Source of the DNA: Acidobacteriota bacterium
GTDB taxonomy: Bacteria; Acidobacteriota; Vicinamibacteria; Vicinamibacterales; CAVVIG01
Direction of reading: 5' to 3'
Assembly: GCA_039931615.1 (NCBI GenBank)
Contig: JBDTRR010000013.1
Coordinates: forward strand, 28,386-92,385
DNA: 64,000 bases
Below are positions 10,295 to 22,127 of the stretch, in pieces (the first letter of the stretch is position 1; each line of letters starts with the position of its first letter). A program made the position numbers and the translations under genes. The notes below the pieces were generated by a model. It saw only the letters and a program-made list of their open reading frames with translations, searched no databases and had not been told where the DNA came from.

Positions 10295-10888
10295 ATGCCC
10301 GGACACATCATCGCGTTCGAAGGCCTGGACCAGAGCGGCAAGCAGACCCAGGCGGAGCTGCTGCGCGATCGGCTGAAGGAAGAGGGCCACAAGGCGCGGC
10401 TGGTTTCGTTTCCCGACTACGCCACCTCGATCGGCGAGGAGATCGCCCGCGCCCTGGCCGGCGAGCGCGACTACGATCCGGACGTCATGCAGCTGCTCTA
10501 CGTCGCCAACCGCTACGAGCGGAAGGCCGATCTGCAGCGCTGGCTCGACGGCGGACTGATCCTCGTGTCCGATCGCTACATCGCCTCGAGCATTGCCTAC
10601 GGCGAGGCGCAGGGGCTCGATGCCGGCTGGCTGGCCGCGATGCAGGAATTCCTGCCGCCGCCGTCGCTGACGATCATGCTGGACATCGAGCCCGCGACCG
10701 CCGTCCAGCGCAAGGCGAACGACCGCGATCGCTACGAGCGCGACCTGGCGCTGCAGACGCGCGTGCGCGAGAGCTACCAGCGGCAGGCGGCCGCCAGCGA
10801 CTGGATCGTCCTCGACGGGGAACGCCCCAAGGACGACATCGCCGCCGACGTCGTCAGCGTCGTGCAGTCACGACTCGGGCCGCCGTAA
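10295..10888 (+). CDS. tmk: Thymidylate kinase
   Basis: The sequence begins MPGHIIAFEGLDQSGKQTQAELL, with the P-loop GLDQSGK. DRYIASSIAYG contains the DRY motif. Its 3' end overlaps the convergent comF end by 35 nt. Confidence 0.9.
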   Translation: MPGHIIAFEGLDQSGKQTQAELLRDRLKEEGHKARLVSFPDYATSIGEEIARALAGERDYDPDVMQLLYVANRYERKADLQRWLDGGLILVSDRYIASSIAYGEAQGLDAGWLAAMQEFLPPPSLTIMLDIEPATAVQRKANDRDRYERDLALQTRVRESYQRQAAASDWIVLDGERPKDDIAADVVSVVQSRLGPP

Positions 10889-11570
10889 GCGCACGAACCT
10901 CGCCCGCCCCGGCCGCCTTCAAGGCCCGGGCGCACGCCTCCAGCGTCGCCCCGGTTGTCGACACATCGTCGACCAGGACGACCACGGCGCCGTCCAGGCC
11001 GCGCGCCGCCCGCGTCGCGGCAAACGCATCCCGGACATTGCGGTGGCGGCGGGCGGCGGGCAGCCCGGTCTGGGTTGGCGTCGCCCGGACCCGGCGCAGC
11101 GCATGGCGCACCGGAAGATCGAGGTAACGGGCGAGGTCGGCCGCCTGATTGAATCCGCGCTGCCGCCGCCGCGACGGGTGGAGCGGCACGGGAACGACAT
11201 AGGACACGCCAACGAGGAGCCCGGCGGCGCGCCGGTGCATCAGCGCGGCCAGCCCGCGGGCCAGCGAACGGCGACCGTCGTACTTGAACGCGTGAACGAT
11301 GGCCCGGAGTGCGCCGTCGTAGGCGCCGATCGCCCGCGCCCGGTCGATGCTGGGACGGCCGCGGCGACAGCGTGCGCACCAGTCGCGTGTGTCGCGCCAT
11401 CCCGGCAGCGGATCACCGCACCGATCGCAGAGCGGCGGCGTGAGCGGGAGGATGGATTGCCAGCAGCCGGCGCAGACCGGTCCGCCGGTGGGGTGATCGA
11501 GCGGCTGGCCGCAGGCGGCGCAGGCCGGCGCGAGCACCACCGCGACCAGGGCATCCACGATGCCCGTCAA
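10854..11570 (-). CDS. comF: ComF-family phosphoribosyltransferase-domain protein
   Basis: ORF 10854..11783. A plausible TTG start at 11570 lies just after the rsfS stop. It has N-terminal Cys pairs (CAACG..CAGC, CDRCG..CARC), the RGFNQA motif and the PRTase loop VVLVDDVSTTGATL. Confidence 0.75.
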   Translation of the reverse strand: MTGIVDALVAVVLAPACAACGQPLDHPTGGPVCAGCWQSILPLTPPLCDRCGDPLPGWRDTRDWCARCRRGRPSIDRARAIGAYDGALRAIVHAFKYDGRRSLARGLAALMHRRAAGLLVGVSYVVPVPLHPSRRRQRGFNQAADLARYLDLPVRHALRRVRATPTQTGLPAARRHRNVRDAFAATRAARGLDGAVVVLVDDVSTTGATLEACARALKAAGAGEVRALTAARVVTARR

Positions 11571-11608
11571 CCGTACCTTGACGTGCCCTACAAGGAGTCT
11601 TGCAGGGA

Positions 11609-12040
11609 TCACTCCGCGGACGACGAGCGGCTGTCGGCTGGCGCGCGCGGACTCTTCGGCGGCGGCGGCGCCGGAATCTCCACCCGTTCGGCGTTGCCCC
11701 ACAGGCGCTCGAGACTGTAGAACAGGCGGGTTTCCGGGCCGAAGATGTGGACGATGAAATCGAAGTAGTCGAGCAGGATCCACTCCGCCCCCTGGTAGCC
11801 CTCGACGTGCGCCGGCCTGGCGCCGTCGGCCGCCAGCGCCTCCATGACGGCGTCGGCAATCGCGCGAGTCTGGCGCGGGTTGCCGCCCGAACAGATCAGG
11901 AAGTAGTCCGCGAATCCCGCCGCCTGGCGCAGGTCGAGCAGGACGATGTCGTCGGCCTTCTTGTCGTCGGCCGAGGCGATGGCCCGTTGAATCTGGGACG
12001 GAATCCGCGTGGGTTTTCGGCGCTTCTCAGTCTTGGCCAT
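11609..12040 (-). CDS. rsfS: Ribosome silencing factor RsfS (iojap)
   Basis: DIVLLDLRQAAGFADYFLICSGGNPRQTRAIADAV...WILLDYFDFIVHIFGPETRLFYSLERLW is the typical RsfS core. Confidence 0.9.
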   Translation of the reverse strand: MAKTEKRRKPTRIPSQIQRAIASADDKKADDIVLLDLRQAAGFADYFLICSGGNPRQTRAIADAVMEALAADGARPAHVEGYQGAEWILLDYFDFIVHIFGPETRLFYSLERLWGNAERVEIPAPPPPKSPRAPADSRSSSAE

Positions 12041-12061
12041 GCAACCTGCCTGCCCGTTGGG

Positions 12062-14179
<2,118 letters not shown>

Positions 14180-14181
<2 letters not shown>

Positions 14182-14452
14182 ATTCGAGCGGGAGCGTCTC
14201 GAGCGGGAGGATGCTGATGACCCGGCCGCGCGCGCCGTGATCTTCGAACTTCACGATGCCGGCGGTCTTGGCGAAGATCGTGTCGTCCTTGCCCAGGCCG
14301 GCGTTGCGGCCCGGACGGAACCGGCGTCCCCGCTGACGCACGATGATGGTGCCGCCGGTCACGACGTTCCCGTCGTGTGCCTTGACGCCCAGCCGCTGCG
14401 AGTTCGAGTCGCGGCCGTTGCGTGAACTGCCCTGTCCTTTTTTATGAGCCAT
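14180..14452 (-). CDS. rpmA: 50S ribosomal protein L27
   Basis: The ATG at 14452 follows GAGGAA. The sequence [42 protein letters not shown] is the L27 signature. Confidence 0.95.
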
Positions 14453-14529
14453 TTCCTCAGATCCTGTTGAGCCTGGAGACGGGAAGGTTGAGGCTGGAAA
14501 TTCCAGCGCCAACTCCACGCCCCAGTTCC

Positions 14530-14844
14530 TTAAAGAAGTATCTCTTTGATCCGGACGCGCGTGTATGTGGAGCGATGGCCGTTGGTGCGGCGCATGCCCT
14601 TGCGGCGCTTTTTCTTGAACACCCGGATTTTCGGTCCGCGCGTCTCGCCGTCGACGACGGCGATGACGCGGGCATCGGCGACGAACGGCGCGCCGGCGAT
14701 CATGTCGCCGTCGTCCTTCTCGACGAGCAGCACCTGGCCGAGCGTCAGCTCGGCGCCCGGCTCGCCCGCGGTCCCGTCGAGGGTGGCGAACCCGCCCGGC
14801 GTGACCCTGAACTGCTTGCTGCCCGACTGGATGATTGCGAACAT
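14530..14844 (-). CDS. rplU: 50S ribosomal protein L21
   Basis: The ATG is at 14844. [14 protein letters not shown]...[20 protein letters not shown] is L21-like. Confidence 0.95.
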   Translation of the reverse strand: MFAIIQSGSKQFRVTPGGFATLDGTAGEPGAELTLGQVLLVEKDDGDMIAGAPFVADARVIAVVDGETRGPKIRVFKKKRRKGMRRTNGHRSTYTRVRIKEILL

Positions 14845-14868
14845 GATCGGCCCCTGCGAAAAAGGGTA

Positions 14869-14898
14869 AGTGTACAACCGAAATCCGCCAGTTGTAAA
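14869..14898 (-). promoter_or_regulatory. Sigma-70-type promoter candidate for rplU-rpmA
   Basis: The minus strand reads TTTACA (14898-14893), an 18-nt spacer, then TACACT (14874-14869). This is about 25 nt upstream of the rplU ATG. Confidence 0.35.
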
Positions 14899-14920
14899 GG
14901 TCGTGATTGGAACGGGTTAG

Positions 14921-15250
14921 CTATCGCTGGCGCGGACGGCCGCACTGCCAGCACAGTTCGAACTGGCCCTCGACCAGTTCATTGCAGGCGCGGCACCGCC
15001 ATGATCGGTACGACCGGGGATCCTTCAGCGGCTCATTCCGGCGGTACCGATCGACGATGACGCGCGCCCGTTCGATGTGCGCGGGGTCGACCACGTAGAC
15101 GGACGAGCCGATGTGCGGGCCAATTCGGGAATACCGTGGGTCGGCGGTGACGATGGTCTCGATGCCTTCGACCTGGAGGAGATTGTCCAGCAGGGCGGCG
15201 TCGGTCCGGCCACCGGCGTAGACCTCTTCCCGGAACGGCATTTCCTTCAT
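14921..15250 (-). CDS. DUF2007-like small protein with C-terminal zinc ribbon
   Basis: 109 aa. It resembles the putative signal-transducing DUF2007 fold (AALLDNLLQVEGIETIV...VYVVDPAHIERARVIV). The C-terminus has CRACNELVEGQFELCWQCG. Confidence 0.6.
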   Translation of the reverse strand: MKEMPFREEVYAGGRTDAALLDNLLQVEGIETIVTADPRYSRIGPHIGSSVYVVDPAHIERARVIVDRYRRNEPLKDPRSYRSWRCRACNELVEGQFELCWQCGRPRQR

Positions 15251-15293
15251 CGTCGTGGACCGCGGGAGACCGGCCGCGCTGCGCGTGACCCTG

Positions 15294-16154
15294 CTACCTC
15301 AGCAGGACGCGGGTGCCCTTGATCTTCTGGCTGCTGAGCGTGCTCAGGAAGTCCGGGACCAGCCGATCCATCAGCTCGAAGTAGGCCGACAGCGCGGGGG
15401 TGTTCTGCTGGGCGTTGTAGAGGATTTCTTCGCGGTGCGACGCCGAGTACATCGTGGCGCCCGTCCGGCCGTCGATGAAGACGAACTTCGGGCGCAGGAT
15501 GAACCCCTTGCGCTCCATGTAGGTGCGGACCGGGCGAACGCTGCGGCGGCCGAACTGATCGTAGACTTCCTGATCGCGCTGCACGAACCCGGACGTCGAG
15601 TGCGGCGTGAACAGCACCGTGCCGGTGACGATCAGCGGGTTCTGATATTCCTCGCCGATCATCTTCCAGTAGGTGACGTTGGCGAAGAGGCGCTCGTAGG
15701 GCTCGAGGTCCTTCTCGTCCTTGATCCGCTGCGGCAGCGGCAGCGCCTGTCCGGCCACCGGCACGCTCACGGCGGGCGAGCTGACGGCGGTGACCGCGAC
15801 GCCGTCGGCCGTGCCGGCATTTTCCGCGGCGTTGGCGGTCTTGTTCTGATCCTGCGCGATCTCGATGAGCGCCATCACGTCGGCGTCGATCACCTTGAGC
15901 GACGACTTGTTGCGGAGCTGGCTGCGCAGGAGACGGACGGTTTCCTGATTGGTGTCGAGGTCCTCGTTGCCGCCGGCGACGAAGCCGGCGACCAGCACCC
16001 GCTGGAATGGCGACACGTCCAGCTTGGGCTGGATCGGAGTCTCGATCGGGATTTCGAACGTGTCGGGGCCGCAGGCAATCAGCGCCGTGGCGCCGATCGC
16101 GGCCAGCGCGCCGACAAGCAGCCTACTGGTCCTTCGAGGAGCCGGCGCGGTCAT
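15294..16154 (-). CDS. Hypothetical lipoprotein
   Basis: ORF 15294..16463. The ATG at 16154 gives MTAPAPRRTSRLLVGALAAIGATALIACG, with the lipobox LIAC. No family was recognised. It overlaps the upstream TPR gene by 32 nt. Confidence 0.65.
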   Translation of the reverse strand: MTAPAPRRTSRLLVGALAAIGATALIACGPDTFEIPIETPIQPKLDVSPFQRVLVAGFVAGGNEDLDTNQETVRLLRSQLRNKSSLKVIDADVMALIEIAQDQNKTANAAENAGTADGVAVTAVSSPAVSVPVAGQALPLPQRIKDEKDLEPYERLFANVTYWKMIGEEYQNPLIVTGTVLFTPHSTSGFVQRDQEVYDQFGRRSVRPVRTYMERKGFILRPKFVFIDGRTGATMYSASHREEILYNAQQNTPALSAYFELMDRLVPDFLSTLSSQKIKGTRVLLR

Positions 16155-16476
16155 TGATTTCCTTGAACAGCTCGAAGTTCTGTTTGATTTCGGCGTTGTT
16201 CGGGTCGAGTTCGGCGGCCTTCTCGTAGGCCTTGCGCGCCTTGTCGAGTTGTCCCTCGTGCTCGTAGGCAATGGCGAGGTCGTTGAAGGCCGCAGCGTAG
16301 GTCGGGTCGAGCTCGACCGCCTTTTCCCAGCGATAGATCGCCTCACGCCAGAGTCCGCGCTGTGCGACGCTGATCCCGAACGCGACCTGTTCCCGGGCGT
16401 CGGAGCGCGCGTCGGCGAACACCGGCGCGGCGGAGACGGTCGCCGCGGCGACCAGGATTGCAAGGCGTCCGATCAT
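16123..16476 (-). CDS. Secreted TPR-repeat protein
   Basis: The ATG at 16476 follows GAAGG. It has the signal peptide MIGRLAILVAAATVSAAPVFA. The TPR consensus segments are WREAIYRWEKAVELDPTYAAAFNDLAIAYEHEGQLDKARKAYEKAAELDPNN. Confidence 0.75.
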   Translation of the reverse strand: MIGRLAILVAAATVSAAPVFADARSDAREQVAFGISVAQRGLWREAIYRWEKAVELDPTYAAAFNDLAIAYEHEGQLDKARKAYEKAAELDPNNAEIKQNFELFKEINDRAGSSKDQ

Positions 16477-16551
16477 CACAGGACCTTCACCAATATAACG
16501 ATTCGCGTTGCGGGCACGCAAGGCAATTGCGGCGTGTGCGAGGCGATCAGA

Positions 16552-16566
16552 GCAAGCGATGTGCCA
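16552..16566 (-). promoter_or_regulatory. Sigma-54 (-24/-12) promoter candidate
   Basis: The minus strand reads TGGCAC-atcgc-TTGCT, with exactly 10 nt between GG and GC. The -12 element lies 76 nt upstream of the TPR gene ATG. Confidence 0.55.
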
Positions 16567-16723
16567 CGGCTGCGAGCCGTAAATGCCGGGGTTTTCGCCG
16601 ACACGATGCCGGCACCTTACGCAAATCAGTCTACAATTGACGTCAGGAGGTCAGGTCCGCATCATCATGCGGCGCCGCGGCCTCCTTTTTCTTTGGAGGC
16701 GCGCCGACCGCGGAGGCGCCTTC

Positions 16724-17860
16724 ATGACTGACCGCACCGACGACGCGTACGATCGGACCGGCGCGGGCGATGGCGCGGCGGAAGGGCGGCGCCCGCTGGC
16801 GTCCGGCGATCAGGCCGGATTCGTCGCCCTGTCATTGCTTCCGATTCACAGGTGGCGGGATGCGGCCGAACGGCTGAAAGCCGGCGAGACCGCGGCGGTG
16901 GCGCTCGACCATGTCCTGGCGATGCGGCCACCGATCCTGCCTGACACGGCGCCGGCGCTGCTGGCCAACGCAGCCGCCGCGCTGGCGCGTGGCGCCGCCT
17001 GCGGGCTGGCGCCGATCGTGTGGAGCGACGCCGCGTATCCGCCGGCGCTGGCGGCGATCGCCGATCCGCCGCCGGTGCTGTGGACGCGCGGGTCGCGCGC
17101 GGCGCTGGAGCGGCCCGCCGTGGCGATTGTCGGATCGCGCGCGGCGTCGCCGTACGCGATCGAGGTCGCCGAGCGGCTCGCGGCCGATCTCGCCGCCTGC
17201 GGCCTGACCATCGTCAGCGGGCTGGCCCGCGGCGTCGACGCCGCGGCGCATCGCGGTGCGCTGTCTGCCGGCGGCGCGACGGTCGCGGTGCTCGGGTGCG
17301 GCGCCGATATCGTCTACCCGAGGGAGCACGCCGGCCTGGCGCGGGCGATCGAGCCGGACGGCCTGATCATCAGCGAGCTGATCCCCGGCACGCCGCCGCG
17401 GCCGCAGTTTTTTCCGCAGCGCAACCGGATCATCAGCGGGCTGTCGCGCGCCGTCGTCATCGTCGAGGCCGGAGAGCGGAGCGGATCGCTGATCACGGCC
17501 CGCTGCGCCCTCGAACAGGGCCGCGACGTGCTGGCCGTTCCCGGCAACGTGCTGAGCGGCCGCAACCGCGGCGGGCACGCGCTGCTGAAGGACGGGGCCA
17601 GGATTGTGGAGAGCGCAGACGATGTGCTCGAGGAGATTGTCGGCCTGGCCGCGCCGGCGGCGCGCCCGGTCGCGGCGGCGTCCGCCGACCCGGTGCTGGC
17701 GTGCCTGACGCCGGGCGAGGCGTGCGATCTGGACGGGATTGCCGAGCGTTCGGGCCTCAGCCCGGCGCGGCTGCTGCCGCGGCTGTTCGAGCTGGAACTG
17801 CGGGGGCTGATCCGCCGAGCCGGCGGCGGCCGGTTCGTCCGGCTTGACAGATCGTGTTAG
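16724..17860 (+). CDS. dprA: DNA processing protein DprA/Smf
   Basis: ORF 16583..17860, with an ATG at 16724. Matching segments are VAIVGSRAASPYA, IVSGLARGVDAAAHRGAL, VLGCGADIVYP, FPQRNRIISGLS and SGSLITA. Confidence 0.9.
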   Translation: MTDRTDDAYDRTGAGDGAAEGRRPLASGDQAGFVALSLLPIHRWRDAAERLKAGETAAVALDHVLAMRPPILPDTAPALLANAAAALARGAACGLAPIVWSDAAYPPALAAIADPPPVLWTRGSRAALERPAVAIVGSRAASPYAIEVAERLAADLAACGLTIVSGLARGVDAAAHRGALSAGGATVAVLGCGADIVYPREHAGLARAIEPDGLIISELIPGTPPRPQFFPQRNRIISGLSRAVVIVEAGERSGSLITARCALEQGRDVLAVPGNVLSGRNRGGHALLKDGARIVESADDVLEEIVGLAAPAARPVAAASADPVLACLTPGEACDLDGIAERSGLSPARLLPRLFELELRGLIRRAGGGRFVRLDRSC

Positions 17861-17873
17861 GGTGACAGCAGGT

Positions 17874-20675
17874 ATGGCCAAGACCCTGGTGATCGTCGAG
17901 TCGCCCGCCAAGGCGCGCACGCTGTCGCGGTTTCTCGGTGATCGGTACCGTGTCGAAGCGAGCTACGGCCACGTCCGCGACCTGCCGGATTCGGCCGATC
18001 AGGTGCCGGAGGAGATCCGCAAGAAGAAGTGGGGGCGTCTCGGCGTCGATACCGACGGCGACTTCAAGCCCTACTACGTCGTGCCGTCGGACAAGAAGAA
18101 GCACGTCCAGGCGTTGAAGCTGGCGATGAAGGACGCGTCGGAAGTGGTGCTGGCGACCGACCCGGACCGCGAGGGCGAGTCGATCAGCTGGCACCTGCTC
18201 GAGGTGCTCAAGCCGAAGGTGCCGTTCCGGCGCATCCATTTTCACGAGATCACCGAAGGCGCGGTGCGGGCGGCGCTCGCCACCGTCGACTCGGTCGATC
18301 AGAATCGGGTCCGGGCGCAGGAGACGCGCCGCATTCTCGATCGGTTGTTCGGCTACACCCTGTCGCCCGTCCTGTGGAAGAAGGTGCAGACCGGGCTGAG
18401 CGCCGGCCGCGTGCAGAGCGTCGCCGTCCGGCTGATCGTCGAGCGCGAGGAGGAGCGGCGGGCGTTCCGCGCTGGCACGTACTGGGATCTCGAGGCGCGG
18501 GTGCGCGGCATCGACCGGGAGTTCACCGCGACGCTGGTGCGGATTGGCGCCGATCGGCTGGCAATCGGCAAGGACTTCGATGCCGCCACCGGCCAGCTCG
18601 CGGCCAACGCGAAGGCCAGGCTGCTGACCGAGGCCGACGGCCAGACGCTGGTCGAGGCGTTGAACAGCCACCTGCCCTGGACGGTCACGTCGGTCGAGGA
18701 GAAACCGTTCACCCAGCGGCCGGCGCCGCCGTTCACCACCTCGACGCTGCAGCAGGAGGCCAACCGCAAGCTCGGGTTCTCCGCCGACCGCACCATGCAG
18801 ATCGCGCAGCGGCTGTTCCAGGGCATCGAGCTGAGCGACGGCCGGATGGAGGGGTTGATCTCCTACCACCGCACCGATTCGACCACCCTTTCCGAGAAGG
18901 CCCTCGGCGAGGCGGGCAGCGCCATCAACCAGATGTTCGGCGGCGACTACTACCGGGGGCCGCGGCAGTACCAGACGAAGGTGCGCAATGCCCAGGAGGC
19001 GCACGAGGCGATCCGGCCGACCGAGTTCGTGCTGACCCCGGAGCAGGTGCGCGGCCAGGTCGATGCCGACGAGCTGCGGCTCTACGACCTGATCTGGAAG
19101 CGCACGATCGCCTCGCAGATGGCCGACGCGCGGCTGCAGCGCACCACGCTCGAGATCACGGCGCTCGGGCCGAACGGCGAGGCGTGCGTGTTCACGGCGA
19201 GCGGCAAGGCGATCGAGTTCGCCGGCTTCCTCCGCGCCTATGTCGAAGGGAGCGACGATCCGGCGAGCGAGCTCGGCGATCGGGTGGCGATCCTGCCCAA
19301 GTGCGCGGTCGGCGATCTGATCGATCGGACGCCGGCCGGCGCCGGCCGGCTGACGCTGGTGCGGCTCGATCCGAAGCGGCACGAGACGGCGCCGCCGGCG
19401 CGCTACACCGAGGCCTCGCTGGTCAAGACGCTGGAAGAGGACAGCATCGGCCGGCCGTCCACCTACGCGCCGACGATTGCCACGATCCAGAAGCGGGGCT
19501 ACGTGTTCCGTCAGGGCAAGGCGCTGGTGCCGAGCTTCACCGCCTTCGCCGTCACCACCCTGCTGCGCGATCATTTCGGCGATTACGTCAATGTCGGCTT
19601 CACCGCCAAGATGGAGGAAGACCTCGACGAGATCTCGAACGGCGAGCGCGACTGGCTCGATTTCCTGCGCGCCTTCTATCGCGACGGTGATGGCGACCGG
19701 CGCGGGCTCGAGGGGGCGGTCAGCGACGAACAGGGCACGATCGCCTATCCGCTGATCGATGTCGGCGCCGACACCGCGACCGGACAGACGATCAAGGTCC
19801 GGGTCGGCCGTTACGGGCCATTCCTTCAGGAGGGCGAAGGCGGGCCGGGCCACACCGCGTCGCTGCCGCCGAACCTGCCGCCCGCCGACCTGACCGTCGA
19901 GAAGGCGATGGCGATTCTCCGCGCCAAGGCGGAGGGTCCGCGGTTGCTCGGCGCCGATCCCGTCAGCGGCAAGAACGTCTACGTCATCAACGGGCGCTTC
20001 GGGACCTACGTGCAGCTGGGCGAGACGCCGGACAAGGGCGAGACGGAGAAGCCGCGCCGCTCCTCTCTTACCAGCGGGCTCCAGGAATCCACCCTCACGC
20101 TCGACGAGGCGCTGAAACTGCTGTCGCTGCCGCGCGAGCTCGGCGTCCACCCGGAATCGGGCCAGCCGGTCGTCGCCGGCCTCGGCCGCTACGGGCCCTA
20201 CATCAAGCACGGCGACGACTACCGCTCGCTCGAGTCGGAGGACGATCTGTTCACCGTCGAGCTCCCGGCGTCGCTGGCGCTGCTCGCGGCGCCGAAGAAG
20301 CAGGGGCGCCGGCAGAACGCGGCGAAGCGGGTGATCCGGCAGATCGAGGTGACCGACGGCGGCGCGCCGCTGCAGCTGCTGGAGGGCCGCTACGGTCCGT
20401 ACGTCACCGACGGCACCACCAACGCCTCGGTGCCGCGCGGCGCCGATCCGGCGACGCTGACGCTCGAGGACGCCCGGGCGCTGATCGAGGCGCGCGCCGG
20501 CGCCCCGCCGCGCGACGGCCGCCGTCCGGCGACGCGATCGAAAGGCGCGGCGCGGCCGCGCAGCGGCCGGGCCCGTGCGAAAGCCGCCGGCGAGGGCGGC
20601 GAGCCGGCGCTCAAGAAGAAGGCGGCGCGCAAGGGTGGCGCCCGCCCCGCTGCCCGCAAACGCGCCAGCTCGTAA
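17874..20675 (+). CDS. topA: DNA topoisomerase I (Cys-less C-terminal repeat type)
   Basis: The ATG is at 17874 and the sequence begins MAKTLVIVESPAKARTL (Toprim). Other matches are DPDREGE and YHRTDS (active-site Tyr region). The C-terminus has four GR(Y/F)G(P/T)(Y/F) repeats and a Lys/Arg tail, with no Cys. Confidence 0.97.
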   Translation: MAKTLVIVESPAKARTLSRFLGDRYRVEASYGHVRDLPDSADQVPEEIRKKKWGRLGVDTDGDFKPYYVVPSDKKKHVQALKLAMKDASEVVLATDPDREGESISWHLLEVLKPKVPFRRIHFHEITEGAVRAALATVDSVDQNRVRAQETRRILDRLFGYTLSPVLWKKVQTGLSAGRVQSVAVRLIVEREEERRAFRAGTYWDLEARVRGIDREFTATLVRIGADRLAIGKDFDAATGQLAANAKARLLTEADGQTLVEALNSHLPWTVTSVEEKPFTQRPAPPFTTSTLQQEANRKLGFSADRTMQIAQRLFQGIELSDGRMEGLISYHRTDSTTLSEKALGEAGSAINQMFGGDYYRGPRQYQTKVRNAQEAHEAIRPTEFVLTPEQVRGQVDADELRLYDLIWKRTIASQMADARLQRTTLEITALGPNGEACVFTASGKAIEFAGFLRAYVEGSDDPASELGDRVAILPKCAVGDLIDRTPAGAGRLTLVRLDPKRHETAPPARYTEASLVKTLEEDSIGRPSTYAPTIATIQKRGYVFRQGKALVPSFTAFAVTTLLRDHFGDYVNVGFTAKMEEDLDEISNGERDWLDFLRAFYRDGDGDRRGLEGAVSDEQGTIAYPLIDVGADTATGQTIKVRVGRYGPFLQEGEGGPGHTASLPPNLPPADLTVEKAMAILRAKAEGPRLLGADPVSGKNVYVINGRFGTYVQLGETPDKGETEKPRRSSLTSGLQESTLTLDEALKLLSLPRELGVHPESGQPVVAGLGRYGPYIKHGDDYRSLESEDDLFTVELPASLALLAAPKKQGRRQNAAKRVIRQIEVTDGGAPLQLLEGRYGPYVTDGTTNASVPRGADPATLTLEDARALIEARAGAPPRDGRRPATRSKGAARPRSGRARAKAAGEGGEPALKKKAARKGGARPAARKRASS

Positions 20676-20678
20676 CAG

Positions 20679-22127
20679 ATGATCCGCATCATCGGCGGTG
20701 GCCTGGCCGGTGCAGAAGCCGCCTGGCAGGCCGCCTCGCGAGGCGTTCCGGTCACGCTCTACGAGATGCGGCCGGTGCGGCCGACCGCCGTGCACAAGAC
20801 GGACCGGCTGGCCGAACTCGTCTGCAGCAATTCGTTCCGCGGCGACAAGCTCGATAACGCCGTCGGCCTGCTCAAAGAGGAGATGCGGATCCTCGGCTCG
20901 CTGGTGATGCGGGCGGCGGAAGCGAGCCGCGTGCCGGCCGGCGCGGCGCTGGCCGTCGACCGCGAGCGCTTCGCCGCGACGGTCACCGGCGCTCTCGAAA
21001 CGCATCCGCTGATCACCATTGTCCGCGAGGAAGTGACGGCGATTCCCGAGTCGAGCGAAGAACACCCGGTGATCGTGGCCACCGGGCCGCTGACGTCCGA
21101 GGCCCTGTCGGCCGGGCTCGTCTCCCTGGTCGGGCATGATCATCTGTACTTCTACGACGCCATCAGCCCGATTGTCCTGGCCGAGTCGATCGATCACGGG
21201 AAGGTGTTTCGCGCCTCGCGCTGGGGCAGGAACACGCGCCCCGGCGATGGCGTCCGGCTTCAGCCGGTCCCTGGCTGCGGCCTCGACGACGGCGCGGGCG
21301 ACTACTTGAATTGCCCGCTGACGCGCGACGAGTACGATCGCTTCTACGACGCGCTGGTCGCCGCGGAGTCGGCGACCGTGCACGACTTCGACCACGAGCG
21401 GTTCTTCGAGGGCTGCCTGCCGATCGAGGTGATGGCGCACCGCGGCCGCGACACGCTGCGGTTCGGGCCGATGAAGCCGGTCGGCCTCGTCGATCCGCGC
21501 ACCGGCCGTCCTCCGTATGCCGCCGTCCAGCTCCGCCAGGACAATCTGGCCGGCGATCACTACAGCCTGGTCGGATTCCAGACCCAGATCAAATGGGGCG
21601 ACCAGGCGCGGGTGCTCCGGCTCGTTCCCGGCCTCGAGTCGGCGGAATTCGTCCGCTTGGGGATGGTCCATCGCAACACCTACGTGAACGGACCGGACGT
21701 GTTGCGCGAGACCTGGCAGGTCCGGGCCCGGCCGACACTGTTCTTCGCGGGCCAGATGTCCGGCGTCGAGGGTTACGTCGAATCGGCGGCGTCGGGGCTG
21801 CTGGCCGGGCTGAACGCGGCGGCGCTGGCGCGAGGCGAGCCGGTTGCGGCGGCCCCCCGCACGACGGCGATCGGCGCGCTCGCCTACTACGTCTCGCATG
21901 CCGACGCGCGGCACTACGAGCCGTCCAACATCACGTTCGGAATCATGCCGCCGCTCGACCGGCCGCCGCGCGGGAAGATGGAGCGCAAGCTGGCGCTGTC
22001 GCAGCGCGCGCTCGACGACCTGGCCGGCTGGATCGGCAATCGTCAAGCGGAGACCGCCGGCGTCAACCGGCCGCCATCCCGCTGGCGATCGGCAGCCGGT
22101 ACGGAGATCGACGCGAGCGATCGATGA
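20679..22127 (+). CDS. trmFO: Folate-dependent tRNA (uracil-5)-methyltransferase TrmFO
   Basis: MIRIIGGGLAGAEAAWQAA is the FAD dinucleotide fold. Other matches are LAELVCSNSFR, HRNTYVN and FFAGQMSGVEGYVESAASG. Confidence 0.95.
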   Translation: MIRIIGGGLAGAEAAWQAASRGVPVTLYEMRPVRPTAVHKTDRLAELVCSNSFRGDKLDNAVGLLKEEMRILGSLVMRAAEASRVPAGAALAVDRERFAATVTGALETHPLITIVREEVTAIPESSEEHPVIVATGPLTSEALSAGLVSLVGHDHLYFYDAISPIVLAESIDHGKVFRASRWGRNTRPGDGVRLQPVPGCGLDDGAGDYLNCPLTRDEYDRFYDALVAAESATVHDFDHERFFEGCLPIEVMAHRGRDTLRFGPMKPVGLVDPRTGRPPYAAVQLRQDNLAGDHYSLVGFQTQIKWGDQARVLRLVPGLESAEFVRLGMVHRNTYVNGPDVLRETWQVRARPTLFFAGQMSGVEGYVESAASGLLAGLNAAALARGEPVAAAPRTTAIGALAYYVSHADARHYEPSNITFGIMPPLDRPPRGKMERKLALSQRALDDLAGWIGNRQAETAGVNRPPSRWRSAAGTEIDASDR

